A DNA stretch of 64,000 nucleotides from an uncultured Chloroflexia bacterium (GCA_963740825.1 CAVUFD010000002.1:1070990-1134989); one strand, 5' to 3'. Counted from the first letter of the stretch, positions 49,692 through 59,789 are shown. The notes: generated from the sequence alone by a model not told the origin. A program made the numbers and translations.

Positions 49692-50987
49692 TCAGCAGCC
49701 GCCCGGAGCGGGTCTTGGCGTCGGCTTGGGTGCGATGACGGGCGGCGCCGCGATCGTCGCCGTCCACGTCTCGGACGCGGTTCCGTCCTCGCCACGAAGG
49801 CCGAGGCCGACCCCGATGAGCTCCGAACCCTCGGGGATCAGCCCGGTGACCGCGCTGCCCTTCTTGAGCCCGGATGCCGGCATCGATCGCCACGTCGACC
49901 CGTCCTCCGAGGTCCATGTCTCGCCGATGATGTCCTTCTGGACGAGCACGCAGCCGCCGCCCGACGAGGTAGAACCCGTTGCGACGAACCCGTCCGCGAT
50001 GCCGACGGCCGAGGTCGGCGAACCGGACGGCGGCTTCGCGGCGGCCGTCCACGTCACGCCGTCGGGCGACGTCCACGCCGTCTCGTCGAGGCACTCCCTG
50101 CCGCATCCGAACGCGACCCAGCCCCGCGCGCCGCTGGCCACGAGCTTGAACCGCCCTGCCTCGCTGTCGGCGATGGAGCCCACCTCCGTCCACGGATCGC
50201 CGCCGGTCGACCGCCACACCGCGATCGGCGCCTCGGACGGGACATAGACGCTGACGCCGTCGGGGGATCCGGCCACGGTCGCGTCGCCCTCGAGCGCGAA
50301 CGGCGATCCGGCGAAGGTCGTGACATCCACCGGCCCGGCCCACGTCGCGCCATGCGCGACCTCCCCGAGCAGCCACTGCTGGCCATCGGAGAGCGGCGAT
50401 GTGTCCGTGCTCGACCACGAGATGCCGTCGGGCGACGTCCACATCGCAGGTCCGTCATCGGTCTCGGCCCACGCGACGAGCCCGGGGCCGCCCTTGGTGA
50501 CGGCCGCGAGCTGGAACTCGCCGCTGACGCCCGGCAGCATGGACGCCGTCCAGTGGATGCCGTCCTCGGAGGACCATGTCTGGGGCGTCGTGTCGTAGCC
50601 GATGACCATGACCGTCCGGTCCCCGAGCGTCGTCCATACGGGCGCCTGGTCGCCGAGCGCCTCCCAGTCCCTGGCGCTCCCGGTGGCGGGGCGAGCCGCC
50701 ACGTCCCAGGTCACGTCGAACGGGCCGCCGCCCGCCGTCATCGGCGCGTCGCTGAAGGCCGGGGACGGCGGGATTGTCGTGGGGGACGACGAGGCCGAGG
50801 GCGACGAGGCCGACGGGCTTGCCGGCGACGCCTCGGCGGCCGTCGCGGTCCGAGCGGCGAGGCTCGGGCTCGCCACAGCCGGGCTGCTGGGCGTCGCCGC
50901 CGATGCGCACGAGGCGAGCAAGCAGGTCGACGCCAGGCAGCCGATGGCCGCGCGCCACGGGCGCCGGGTCGGCCGCATCGTCGTCAT
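49692..50987 (-). CDS. Lipoprotein with WxSxDGxxW (BNR-like) repeats
   Basis: Lipobox LASC; WSSEDGIHW, WTSPDGISW and WTSPDGVTW repeats. Confidence 0.8.
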   Translation of the reverse strand: MTTMRPTRRPWRAAIGCLASTCLLASCASAATPSSPAVASPSLAARTATAAEASPASPSASSPSASSSPTTIPPSPAFSDAPMTAGGGPFDVTWDVAARPATGSARDWEALGDQAPVWTTLGDRTVMVIGYDTTPQTWSSEDGIHWTASMLPGVSGEFQLAAVTKGGPGLVAWAETDDGPAMWTSPDGISWSSTDTSPLSDGQQWLLGEVAHGATWAGPVDVTTFAGSPFALEGDATVAGSPDGVSVYVPSEAPIAVWRSTGGDPWTEVGSIADSEAGRFKLVASGARGWVAFGCGRECLDETAWTSPDGVTWTAAAKPPSGSPTSAVGIADGFVATGSTSSGGGCVLVQKDIIGETWTSEDGSTWRSMPASGLKKGSAVTGLIPEGSELIGVGLGLRGEDGTASETWTATIAAPPVIAPKPTPRPAPGGC

Positions 50988-51691
50988 GGGACGCGCCCGA
51001 GCACCGTCATCGCCTGGGTCTTCATGGCGTCCTCGGACGGGGCCTTCTTACCCCGGACCAGGTCGTTGAAGCCGACGAACGTCGTCCCTCGCAGGAGGTA
51101 CATCCCGCGTCCGCTGATCGACTGCCCGCCCAGGCTCGCGGACCCGTCGAGAATCACGGCGTCCGTCTGGTCGGCGAAGCCGGGCAGCTTCGTCACGTTG
51201 AACGGAACGCCAAAGCTCTGCGCGTTGTCCTTGAGATCCTGCTCGGCGGCCTTCTCGGCTGCCTTGGCGGTCGCCACGTCCGGTGCGATGGCCACGAGGA
51301 CCATGAACACGTTGGGGGTCCCCGCGCCGTACGTGCAGATCCGTGCGTGGCCCGACGTCTCCTCCACCTTGCCCGCCGTGAACGTCGCGCCCGCGAGCTG
51401 TCCCGCCTCGTCGGCCGTGATCACCTGGCACGGGTCGATGTCCGTCGGGACGGCGCTCGGCAGGTCCGAAGGGTTCGTCGTGGGCTCACCGGAACCCGAG
51501 GGTGCAGGGGTGTCGGTCGGGTTGGCTGAGGGCTGGACGACGGCGACACCGATCGACGGCGGGACGACTGCGCCGGCCGGCGGCGTGGCGCTCGGCGACG
51601 GGGTCGCCCCGGAGCTGGTGCATGCCGAGGCCACGACGGCCGACGATGCGAGGAGGACAGCAAGCGCGCTGGACCGAAGGGTTCGGGACAT
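50984..51691 (-). CDS. Lipoprotein (DUF3558-like)
   Basis: Lipobox ASAC; DPCQVIT and CTY motifs. Confidence 0.7.
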   Translation of the reverse strand: MSRTLRSSALAVLLASSAVVASACTSSGATPSPSATPPAGAVVPPSIGVAVVQPSANPTDTPAPSGSGEPTTNPSDLPSAVPTDIDPCQVITADEAGQLAGATFTAGKVEETSGHARICTYGAGTPNVFMVLVAIAPDVATAKAAEKAAEQDLKDNAQSFGVPFNVTKLPGFADQTDAVILDGSASLGGQSISGRGMYLLRGTTFVGFNDLVRGKKAPSEDAMKTQAMTVLGRVP

Positions 51692-51695
51692 CGAA

Positions 51696-52010
51696 TCACC
51701 TCGTACTGGTTGCAGGGGTCAGGAGCGCGATCGCGACCGCGATTCGGTCGACCGGGAGACCGGCCCGCTCGTTGACGCGCCGGACGACGCCCTCGTCGCC
51801 GGCGGCGATGAGGGAGAACACGACCTCGTCGACGGGCATGAGGATCGAGCCGATGTGCTCGACCGGGATCCCCTCCGCCGTCATCGTGCGTGCCGCCGCG
51901 TCGAGCCTTGGGAGCATCGCCCGGAGCTGGCCGAGGTCGATGCCCGGCCAGTAGCGCTCCACGAGGAACGTGACCGCAGAATTGGGCGCGACAACGGCGG
52001 GTCGGTCCAT
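51696..52010 (-). CDS. DUF4242/SCO4226-like small protein
   Basis: FLVERYWPG, DEVVFSL and RAGLPVDRI motifs. Confidence 0.7.
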   Translation of the reverse strand: MDRPAVVAPNSAVTFLVERYWPGIDLGQLRAMLPRLDAAARTMTAEGIPVEHIGSILMPVDEVVFSLIAAGDEGVVRRVNERAGLPVDRIAVAIALLTPATSTR

Positions 52011-52062
52011 GCGGCGACGATGGCCGACCGGGGTTGCCCGATGAAAGGGGCGACTACCCCGA

Positions 52063-54864
52063 TCAGTCCGGCGCGGGCGCGTTCCCCTCCATCGCCATCA
52101 GGGCACCGAGCTCGGCCCGGGAGTGGATGCCGAGCTTCTCGTAAACGCGGCCGAGGACATTGCCGACGGTCTTGGGGGCGAGGAACGCGCGCTCGGCGAT
52201 CTCGCGGCTGGTCAGGCCCGACGCCGCGAGCTCGGCGACCCGCCGCTCGGTGTCGGTGAGGTCGGTCGGGGCGTGTGGGCGGCGGCCGACACGTCCGAGC
52301 TCGGCCCTCGTGATCGATGCCCAGTCCGGCGCCCCGAGCGCCTCGAAGCACGCGAGCGCCTCGCGCAGCGCCTCATCGGCGAGTCGCTTCTCTTTGTTGC
52401 GGCGATGCAGCCGGCCCTTCGCCAGCAGCGTGCGGCCCAGCTCGAACGGCATCGGCAGGTTGCCGTGGGCTTCGAGCGCCGTCGTCAGCCGCTCGATCGC
52501 CCCGTCCAGGTCCCCTCGTGCCGCCGCGACGAGCCCTGCCGATCGGGCGCCCACGGCGACGACCCATGGCGTCGGCGCGATCCGGGCGGCCTCGTCCAGC
52601 CGGTCGACGACGGCCTGGGCCCGGTCGATGTCGCCCAGCGCGAGCGCCGCCTCGACCTGGTCGCCCGCGAACTTGAAGCGCCCGTGGTGACGGACGGCCA
52701 TCCGATCGGCTAGGGCTGCGGCCGCCGTGAGCTGGGCGTCGGCCTCCGACCACGCCCCGGTCGTCAGCGCGACGAAGCCGAGGATGTGGTGGTGGAACAG
52801 CGTGAGGACGGCGTCCCCTCGCTCGCTGGCACGCCCTACGCCCTCCGTCGCCCAGGCGCGCGCCTCGTCGAGCCGGCCGTCGTGCGCCGCCACCAGGGCG
52901 AGGCCACGAAGGGCCCACGCCGGGTGGATCTCGGCACCCTCGCCCTGGTACTCGTCGGCCGCGGCCTCGGCCTGGCGGCGCGCCTCGGGCCAGTCGCCGC
53001 GGAACAGGAGGAGGCCCGACAGCATCACGACGTTGAACGGGTCGTCGCCGCCCGGCCCGGACTTGGCGCGGATCGTCTCCCGGGTCATCGCGATCGCGCG
53101 GTCCAGGTCGTCGGTGGCGCGGGCGAGTCCGAACGCGCTGCCCTCGGCTCCCTCCTTCTCCCACGACCGGCCGCTTGCCGAGATCAGGTCGAGGCCGCGC
53201 TGGACGTCGCCTGGCCGTGTCGGCTGGACGAGCCCGATCTCCCCGGCCGCGCGCAGGAGCAGGACGTTCGCGCACGTATCGGGATCGACCGGCCTGTCGC
53301 CGTCGGCCGCCTCCAGGATTCCGACGGCCTCGTCGAGCAGGCCGACCCCGCGCTCCAGATCGAGCTGCATCACGAGGTACCCGAGCCGCCCGAGCACCTT
53401 CGCGCGCAGCCCAGGGCCGTCGCCGGCCTCCTCGAGTGCAAGCTCGCCCAGCTCGATCCCCTCGGGCACGCGCCCGTGGTAGTAGCGGATGATCGCGCGC
53501 AGGCTGAGCGCGTCGGCCCGCGCGGGGCCTGGCGGGGCCCGATCGATCGCCGCCTCGAGGATCCGGTCGGCCTCGAGATACTCGGACACGTCGATGAACA
53601 GGCACTCGGCGGCGAGGCGGGCTCGGTCGAGCGCGGCCACCGGATCGTCCGAGGGCGTCAGGCGGCTCGCCTCCTGGTAGAGGCTCGCGGCGTCGAGGGT
53701 CGCGCCGCGGTTGCGGGCGTGCTCGGCGGCCTGTTCGAGGGTCGCCGCGACCGTCTCGTCCGGGCCGACCGCCGCGTGTGCGAGATGGCGTGCCCGGGCG
53801 TCCTCAGACTGCGTCGCTCCCGACAGGGCTTCGTGCGCCGACCGAAGCTCGGTCGCAGGCGCGAGGCTCAGCACCGACTGTGCGAACAATGGATGGGCGA
53901 ACCGGACGACACCATCTTCGATGACCACGAGTTGGTCCTCGACCGCCGGCTGCAGGCCGGCCACGATCCCAGGACTCGCCCGATCCAAGGTCGCGACCGT
54001 TGGCTCCGCAGCGGCCGCGGCGAGGAGCATCGCGTGGCGGGTCGGCTGCTCGAGGCGCGACACGCGGCCGGCGATGAGCGAGCCCAGGCTGTCGGGCACG
54101 GGGAGCGTTCCGTGGGCATCGGTCGGGATCCCGGTCCTCAGCAGCGCACGGCCGAGCTCCAGCGCATAGAGCGGGTTGCCGCCCGACGCCTCCTCGATCC
54201 GCACCAGCACGAGGCGTGGGAACGACCGCCCGAGCCGGACTTGGAACAGCTTGTGGAGCGCCGCGAGGTGCATCGGCCCGAGCGCGACGCGCTCCAGCCG
54301 GTCCGCGGGCACCGCGGCCATGAGCCCGGCCGATGCCGGCGTCTCGGCGCCCGTGCGCACAGTCGCGAGCAGCCCGACCGGCTGGTCGACGAGCCGTCGA
54401 AGCGCGTAGGCGAGGATCCCGGCGGTGCTCTCATCGAGCCACTGGGCGTCGTCGATCGCGATCAGGACCGGCTGCTCCGCGGCAAGGAGCCGCAGCAACC
54501 CCGCCACCGCGACCGACAACGTCCGCTGGTCCGGCGACTCAGTGCCGGGCTCGATCCGCAGCAGCGCCACCCCGAGCGCCCGGCGTTGGGGAGCGGGGAG
54601 TCGCCCGAGCGTCTCGTCGGCGACGTCCCCAAGGAGGTCGGTCAGCCCGCCGAGCGTGAGCCCCTGCTCGGACCGCGCCGGCCGCGACGTCCGGACGAGC
54701 CACCCTCGGGAGTTCGAAGCGTCAAGGGCGCCCTCCCAGACCGTCGACTTCCCGATGCCAGCCTCGCCCTCGAATACGAGCGCCGCCAGCCCCCCCGCCG
54801 CACGGTCAAGGAACGTCGCGACGGCAGCGAGCTCGCTCCCCCGCACGACGATCTCGTCCGCCAC
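52063..54864 (-). CDS. LuxR family regulator with N-terminal AAA/STAND ATPase
   Basis: GEAGIGKS, IAIDDAQWLD, SGGNPLYALEL; C-terminal LTDTERRVAELAASG HTH. Confidence 0.93.
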   Translation of the reverse strand: MADEIVVRGSELAAVATFLDRAAGGLAALVFEGEAGIGKSTVWEGALDASNSRGWLVRTSRPARSEQGLTLGGLTDLLGDVADETLGRLPAPQRRALGVALLRIEPGTESPDQRTLSVAVAGLLRLLAAEQPVLIAIDDAQWLDESTAGILAYALRRLVDQPVGLLATVRTGAETPASAGLMAAVPADRLERVALGPMHLAALHKLFQVRLGRSFPRLVLVRIEEASGGNPLYALELGRALLRTGIPTDAHGTLPVPDSLGSLIAGRVSRLEQPTRHAMLLAAAAAEPTVATLDRASPGIVAGLQPAVEDQLVVIEDGVVRFAHPLFAQSVLSLAPATELRSAHEALSGATQSEDARARHLAHAAVGPDETVAATLEQAAEHARNRGATLDAASLYQEASRLTPSDDPVAALDRARLAAECLFIDVSEYLEADRILEAAIDRAPPGPARADALSLRAIIRYYHGRVPEGIELGELALEEAGDGPGLRAKVLGRLGYLVMQLDLERGVGLLDEAVGILEAADGDRPVDPDTCANVLLLRAAGEIGLVQPTRPGDVQRGLDLISASGRSWEKEGAEGSAFGLARATDDLDRAIAMTRETIRAKSGPGGDDPFNVVMLSGLLLFRGDWPEARRQAEAAADEYQGEGAEIHPAWALRGLALVAAHDGRLDEARAWATEGVGRASERGDAVLTLFHHHILGFVALTTGAWSEADAQLTAAAALADRMAVRHHGRFKFAGDQVEAALALGDIDRAQAVVDRLDEAARIAPTPWVVAVGARSAGLVAAARGDLDGAIERLTTALEAHGNLPMPFELGRTLLAKGRLHRRNKEKRLADEALREALACFEALGAPDWASITRAELGRVGRRPHAPTDLTDTERRVAELAASGLTSREIAERAFLAPKTVGNVLGRVYEKLGIHSRAELGALMAMEGNAPAPD

Positions 54865-54991
54865 GCGGACCCTCCGATATCAGGGCCATCCGCTCTTCAC
54901 CGGCCGGACCCGCCCGACACGGCCGATGCGACGCTACATCAAACCGAAGCGAAGGCTCCGAAGTGGCGTGGCCGCGCCTCGACGACGCCCC

Positions 54992-55204
54992 GTCAACGGC
55001 AACGACCCGGACTGGCCCCGGACGGCTCGCTGATCGCGTTCAATGCCTCGGCGGAGCCGAGCCCCACGCAGAACATCTGGACGATCCGTTCTCGCACAGC
55101 CCCTCGACCGACGGCTGGGGCAACTTCTTCGTCATGAACCGCGACGGCACCGACCAGCACGTGATCGCGAAGACAGCGATGCACGAGAACCACGGGCAGT
55201 GGGG
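54992..55204 (+). pseudogene. Degenerate duplicate of the 3' end of the TolB-like gene (49348-49658) with an internal deletion
   Basis: Near-identical stretches, e.g. CTTCTTCGTCATGAACCGCGACGGCACCGACCAGCACGTGATCGCGAAGACAGCGATGCACGAGAACCACGG. Confidence 0.88.
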
Positions 55205-55236
55205 AGTAGCCGAGCGCCGTGAAGCAAGGTGACGGC

Positions 55237-55374
55237 CTGAACTACGACTTCATCGTGTGGCCAGTGGACCCGGGCGCTGACCGTCGAGGAGGCGATCGTC
55301 GAGGTCGAGCATCTCGGTGCCGCGTTGAAGTTTGGCCTTCGGCCACGACAACCGACTCAACGGCTTCGTCGAGG
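55237..55374 (+). pseudogene. Frameshifted 5' fragment of a 'YDLIVWP' gene copy (paralog of 45595)
   Basis: TACGACTTCATCGTGTGGCCAGTGGACC...GAGGTCGAGCATCTC...CACGACAA aligns with 45601-45730. Confidence 0.82.
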
Positions 55375-55756
55375 TCACTCGCATCACGATCGCCAGGGTC
55401 GTGCTCCTCTGCGTCGCGTCCGAAGATCGAGACATCGGCATCGTCCGATGAGGTGGGTCGCGACCGATGACGATGTTGACCCTAAGATACCTGCCGTTCG
55501 ACCGGGAACCGAGCAGGCACGGGCATTGCCGTCGCTGCATGGTGGACAGCCACAGTACGGTGGGCTGCGAGAACCGTGGCTCGCTCCGGTGCGCCGAACG
55601 GGTCAGCCAACTCAGAATCGCCTCATCTGCGCTCGAGGGAGCCAATGATGAGAACCCGAAAACGACGGCTGACTGCCATCTGCCTGGCCGCTACGATCGT
55701 GGCTCGCGAAGGCAGGACAGACGCTGCCGCGACGGTCGGGGGCTAGAGGCGGAGTC

Positions 55757-58700
55757 GTGGCACCGACCCGCGCAGAATCCGTCATCAAGCTCGCCGCCGA
55801 CGTATCGCTGGAACGGCTCCTGGATCTCGTCATCGCTCACCCGGATTGGCTGCGAATCGACCTCCAGCAGGAACTCGCGGGTAGAGCGGAGCCCTTGGCC
55901 CGCAATCTCGCCGCCAGCCTTGCGGCCATGCGTACCGCCTTGCTCGCCGATCCGCGGCCGTTGCAAGATGCGGAATCGCCCATCGCGAAGCTCTGGCTGG
56001 ACATCGACGTCGAGATCTCGTTTCCGGACGCGTTGAAGCTCGCGGCTTCACCCGCCATCGCCGAGTGCCTTGTCGAGCCGTATGCGGCCGCACTCGCCGG
56101 CCTCGTTGGCGAGACGGTAATCGATCCGGCGCGGATCGCCGAGGGTCGGGATCTGCTCGAGTTGATGTCGGCGATCGCGGACGTCGCGATCGGACCCGAA
56201 GCCGAGGGCGTCCAATTCCAGGTCGACACGCTTCTCGTGGAATTTGCGAGGACAACACTTTCCGAGATCTTCGACCCAACCCTGTTCCAGCGCGCCGTGG
56301 CGATCGCGACGCGTTTCGCGACCGACGCTGAGAGGGATCGCGATTCGGAGCGCCACGCCGAGTGGCTCACGGAGCTGGCGCTCGTGCTGAGCGAGCCATT
56401 TGTCCGGTCCGCGGCCATCCACAAGGGATCGGCGATGCGACGGGCCGCGGAGCGGGCCGCCGCAAACCCGCATCAGCGAACCCTCGACACCCAGGCGATC
56501 GCGTGGGCGATCGACTTCGACGCCCGGTTGGACGAGGCACTCGCAGCCGTCGACCGGGCGCTCGAGATCGGTGCCAAGGCGGGCCGGCCCAGGCGGGCGT
56601 TCGTAAAGCTGAACATCCTCCGCCGAGCCGTGTCGTATGACCGCCCAGTCGATCGCCGGGTCTTCGACGAACTTGTGAAGATGTCGTCCTCGCTGGCAAA
56701 GGATCGGGACCTAGTCCCGCGGATCACGTACCTTGCGGCGATCGCGCCACGCGAGGAGCGTCATCTCGCCGAGGCCGTCGAGGAGATGACGGCATACCTC
56801 GCTGCCCATCCGGACGCCCTCACCGCGACCGACGCCAGCCCGATCCTCCTCGCCAATCTCGTTGCCGAGGCGGCCGAAGCGCTGCCGTTCCGGCCGGACA
56901 CGGGCCTGGCCGCGATCGGGCTTTTCCGCACCCTGCTGCCGGACCTCCCCGAGCGCTCTCGTCTCCACCTGCTCCAGGCCGAGAACGTGCTCCTCGGTCC
57001 GCTCCTGGTGCGGCGCAAGGGGGTAGCCGCGGCACTCCCGCTGCTGAGGGATCCGCAATCACCGGAGGCGGTCCGCGACGCCCTCCGGCGATCCGGCGCA
57101 CTCGACGAGGACCGCCCGGCCGAAGACCGGGCCGCGCTGCTCCTATTGGCCGCAGGGCCGATCGTCCTGCCGGAGGATCCCGGCGAACCGTTGAAGATGA
57201 TCGGCCAGGCGTTCGCTCTCGCTCCCGATCTCCTCTGGCCACATCACGATGCGATCGAGCTGTCGATCGCAGGCGCCTATGCCGGGCGGTTCAGCGCTGC
57301 CGTTGCGAGAGGCGACCATCGCCTGGCACTCGATTGCCTGCAGATCTCGACCGAATACTATGCGCGGCTTGGGTTCGTGGACGCGGTCGAGGAATTGCTG
57401 AACCTGATCGAGTACTGGCGCGAAACGGGCGGACCTGGGGTCGACCCATTCGTCGCGCTATTCGTCGTTACCGAGTACCCGGTGATCGACCCCATCCTGC
57501 CCGACTCCGGGCGACGTGTCCTTCGCCGGCTGGCCGACGGACTCCTCGCCCGACTGCAAACGTTCCACCACGGGCTGGCACTCGGCATCATCGCGTCTCT
57601 CGGCGGCAACCTGTTCGCGAGTGTCCTGGCGAGCGAACCGGGTCGGCTCGACGACACCGCCGTGGAGATCGCTGACGAGCTTCGAAGCCTTCACGACCTG
57701 CGCGAGGACGAGCCGCTTGCAGCAGAGCGAAGGAAACAGGAAATCGAGCTCCTCCTGCCGCAGCGTGGATATCTCGCGGACGAGGGAGTACCGACAAGGA
57801 CCCGTGTCCGGCAGCTCCATCAGCGGTCGGTCGACGAGCAGCTATGGCGGGCGACCACGGCGGCTGACGAAGCGCCGAAGGCGAGCCACGAGGCCGTCGC
57901 CGCCCAGCTTGGGCCGGAGGACGCGGTCGTGATCTTTCACGTCGCGAGGGAGCACCTGACGTTCACGATCGTCGGGACCGAGGACCTCTGGGTTGTCCAG
58001 CAGCCGAACCTTCCGGACGCCATGAGAATTCAAGCGAGCCGGGCTTGGCTGACAATCAGCGCGCTCGAGTCCGAGCTCTTCCTGACCCGCGAAGCCGTCC
58101 AGGACGACCCGGGACCCTTCGATGTGTCGAGTGCAGGGCGCGAGCGGCTGCGCCGGATGGGAGATGGCTTCTTTGGTGAGCTGGAGGCCCAGCTCGTCGC
58201 CCTCGAGAAGCGTGGCGTGAAGCACATGTGCATCGTGGCTTCGGACGCGCTGCTGATGATGCCGTTCCACCTCGCCGAGGTCGGTGGAGGCTTGTTCCTA
58301 GATCGCTTCCGGATCTCCTACGCGGGGCAATGGCGGCTCGCCGGTCGGGCTAATCCCTCAATCCGCGCACCGGGCGTCATGGCGTTCGGTGTGACGGGAG
58401 GCGGCGGTCGCCTGCCCGCCCTGGCAAATGCCGCCGACGAAGCCAGGACGATTGCCGCGGCGTGCGGGGGGACAGCCGTGACAGACGGGAACGCGACGAC
58501 GATGGCGATCCGGGCCGCCCTCGCCTCGTCGCGATTCGTGCATCTCGCGGCGCACGGTGGACAGGTCCCCTACGCGTCGTCGCTCCACTGGCTGCAGACC
58601 GGCGAGCGCGGCGGCGATGGGCGGCTGCGTGCGCTGGATCTTCTTGACCTCGACTTGCGCGGTCTGGATCTCGTGACCCTCTCGACGTGCGAGTCCGGGA

Positions 58701-58954
58701 CGAGCGTCTTCGACGAGTTCGGGGATCAGCGTGGAATCCCCGCGGTGTTGTTCGCCCGCGGCGCCCAGGCCGTGGTCGGGACCTCGTGGCCGGTCGAGTC
58801 GAAGGTGTCGCAACGGTTCTTCGAGCAGCTCTACACGCAGATTGGCGCCGGACTCGAGCCGTTCGCAGCCTTCTGCGCCGCGCAGGAATTGGTTCGAGCG
58901 GAGCATCGCCAACTCCGCGACTGGGGCGCATTTTTCTATAGCGGGAGGTGGTGA
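55757..58954 (+). CDS. CHAT domain protease with long helical (TPR-like) N-terminus
   Basis: LMMPFHL, LPALANAADEA, FVHLAAHG (His), LVTLSTCESG (Cys), VVGTSWPV and DWGAFFYSG. Confidence 0.9.
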   Translation: MAPTRAESVIKLAADVSLERLLDLVIAHPDWLRIDLQQELAGRAEPLARNLAASLAAMRTALLADPRPLQDAESPIAKLWLDIDVEISFPDALKLAASPAIAECLVEPYAAALAGLVGETVIDPARIAEGRDLLELMSAIADVAIGPEAEGVQFQVDTLLVEFARTTLSEIFDPTLFQRAVAIATRFATDAERDRDSERHAEWLTELALVLSEPFVRSAAIHKGSAMRRAAERAAANPHQRTLDTQAIAWAIDFDARLDEALAAVDRALEIGAKAGRPRRAFVKLNILRRAVSYDRPVDRRVFDELVKMSSSLAKDRDLVPRITYLAAIAPREERHLAEAVEEMTAYLAAHPDALTATDASPILLANLVAEAAEALPFRPDTGLAAIGLFRTLLPDLPERSRLHLLQAENVLLGPLLVRRKGVAAALPLLRDPQSPEAVRDALRRSGALDEDRPAEDRAALLLLAAGPIVLPEDPGEPLKMIGQAFALAPDLLWPHHDAIELSIAGAYAGRFSAAVARGDHRLALDCLQISTEYYARLGFVDAVEELLNLIEYWRETGGPGVDPFVALFVVTEYPVIDPILPDSGRRVLRRLADGLLARLQTFHHGLALGIIASLGGNLFASVLASEPGRLDDTAVEIADELRSLHDLREDEPLAAERRKQEIELLLPQRGYLADEGVPTRTRVRQLHQRSVDEQLWRATTAADEAPKASHEAVAAQLGPEDAVVIFHVAREHLTFTIVGTEDLWVVQQPNLPDAMRIQASRAWLTISALESELFLTREAVQDDPGPFDVSSAGRERLRRMGDGFFGELEAQLVALEKRGVKHMCIVASDALLMMPFHLAEVGGGLFLDRFRISYAGQWRLAGRANPSIRAPGVMAFGVTGGGGRLPALANAADEARTIAAACGGTAVTDGNATTMAIRAALASSRFVHLAAHGGQVPYASSLHWLQTGERGGDGRLRALDLLDLDLRGLDLVTLSTCESGTSVFDEFGDQRGIPAVLFARGAQAVVGTSWPVESKVSQRFFEQLYTQIGAGLEPFAAFCAAQELVRAEHRQLRDWGAFFYSGRW

Positions 58955-58960
58955 ACGTCA

Positions 58961-59650
58961 ATGATCGAGATCGACGTTCCCGAGCTGCGGATGGCCGAGG
59001 TTCAATTCGTTCCGGACGCCCGCCAGCTTCGCGGGCCGGGGTCAATCGTGCCGGACCCGCCGCTCGACGGGCTCGCTTCGATGGGCGTGCCAGTGGTCGT
59101 CGGTCTCGATGATGCCTACCTAGCCCAGGACCCCGAGTTGGCCGCGTTCGTCGCGTCCCAGCAACCAACCTATCGCTTCGCGCTCGTCCACCTGGCAGTC
59201 ACCTTCCGGCCGGACCGGAAGGACCTTAGCCCGAAGAAGGCCTGGGCGATGTTCAGCCTCAATGCGCCCGCGTCGGCAATCGCCAGTGCCCCGATCGTCT
59301 GGTCGATGCAGCCCGACCGGCTCGAAACGGAGGAGAAGATTCCGTCCACGGTTAAGCTCGGCGCCAAGCTGTCGCTCGTCGAGCTGACGGGGGAGCGATC
59401 GACGATAGAGACGCGCCGGACCACGACCGTCGAGGCATTCGGGCTGCAGGAGACCCGTGCGACGTGGGAGTTCTCGGCGGGCGGCCGGCCCCGCTTGCTC
59501 GGATCGCAGCGCCTGGCGCTCGTCACCCGATTGCCGCCGGAGCCGTGCACCGGCGCCTTCGACCTGCGTCTCCAGGTCCAGCAGCGACGGTTCGGGCTGT
59601 TCTCGGCGGATGCCCAATTCGAGGCGGGCGAAGGCACCATCGCCATCTAG
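58961..59650 (+). CDS. Hypothetical beta-rich protein, CHAT partner
   Basis: ATG 6 nt after the CHAT stop with GGAGGTG RBS; alternating beta-strand pattern. Confidence 0.8.
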   Translation: MIEIDVPELRMAEVQFVPDARQLRGPGSIVPDPPLDGLASMGVPVVVGLDDAYLAQDPELAAFVASQQPTYRFALVHLAVTFRPDRKDLSPKKAWAMFSLNAPASAIASAPIVWSMQPDRLETEEKIPSTVKLGAKLSLVELTGERSTIETRRTTTVEAFGLQETRATWEFSAGGRPRLLGSQRLALVTRLPPEPCTGAFDLRLQVQQRRFGLFSADAQFEAGEGTIAI

Positions 59651-59789
59651 GCAAACGGACACCTGACTCGGGGACAGGTGCCTAACGCACCATCTGGATC
59701 GGTCGGTTGTCAGCCGATCGAGAACGCTTGGCCGCGCAACGGGCTAGACGCCACAAGATCTTGTGGCATTGGCTGGCCGTCCGACGTAG

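Noticed and set aside
49062-52259. 1065-aa plus-strand ORF
   Set aside because: Arg/Pro-rich off-frame or antisense shadow of real lipoprotein genes.
52063-54864. LuxR-ATPase as part of a defence system
   Set aside because: Standard AAA-LuxR transcriptional regulator architecture.
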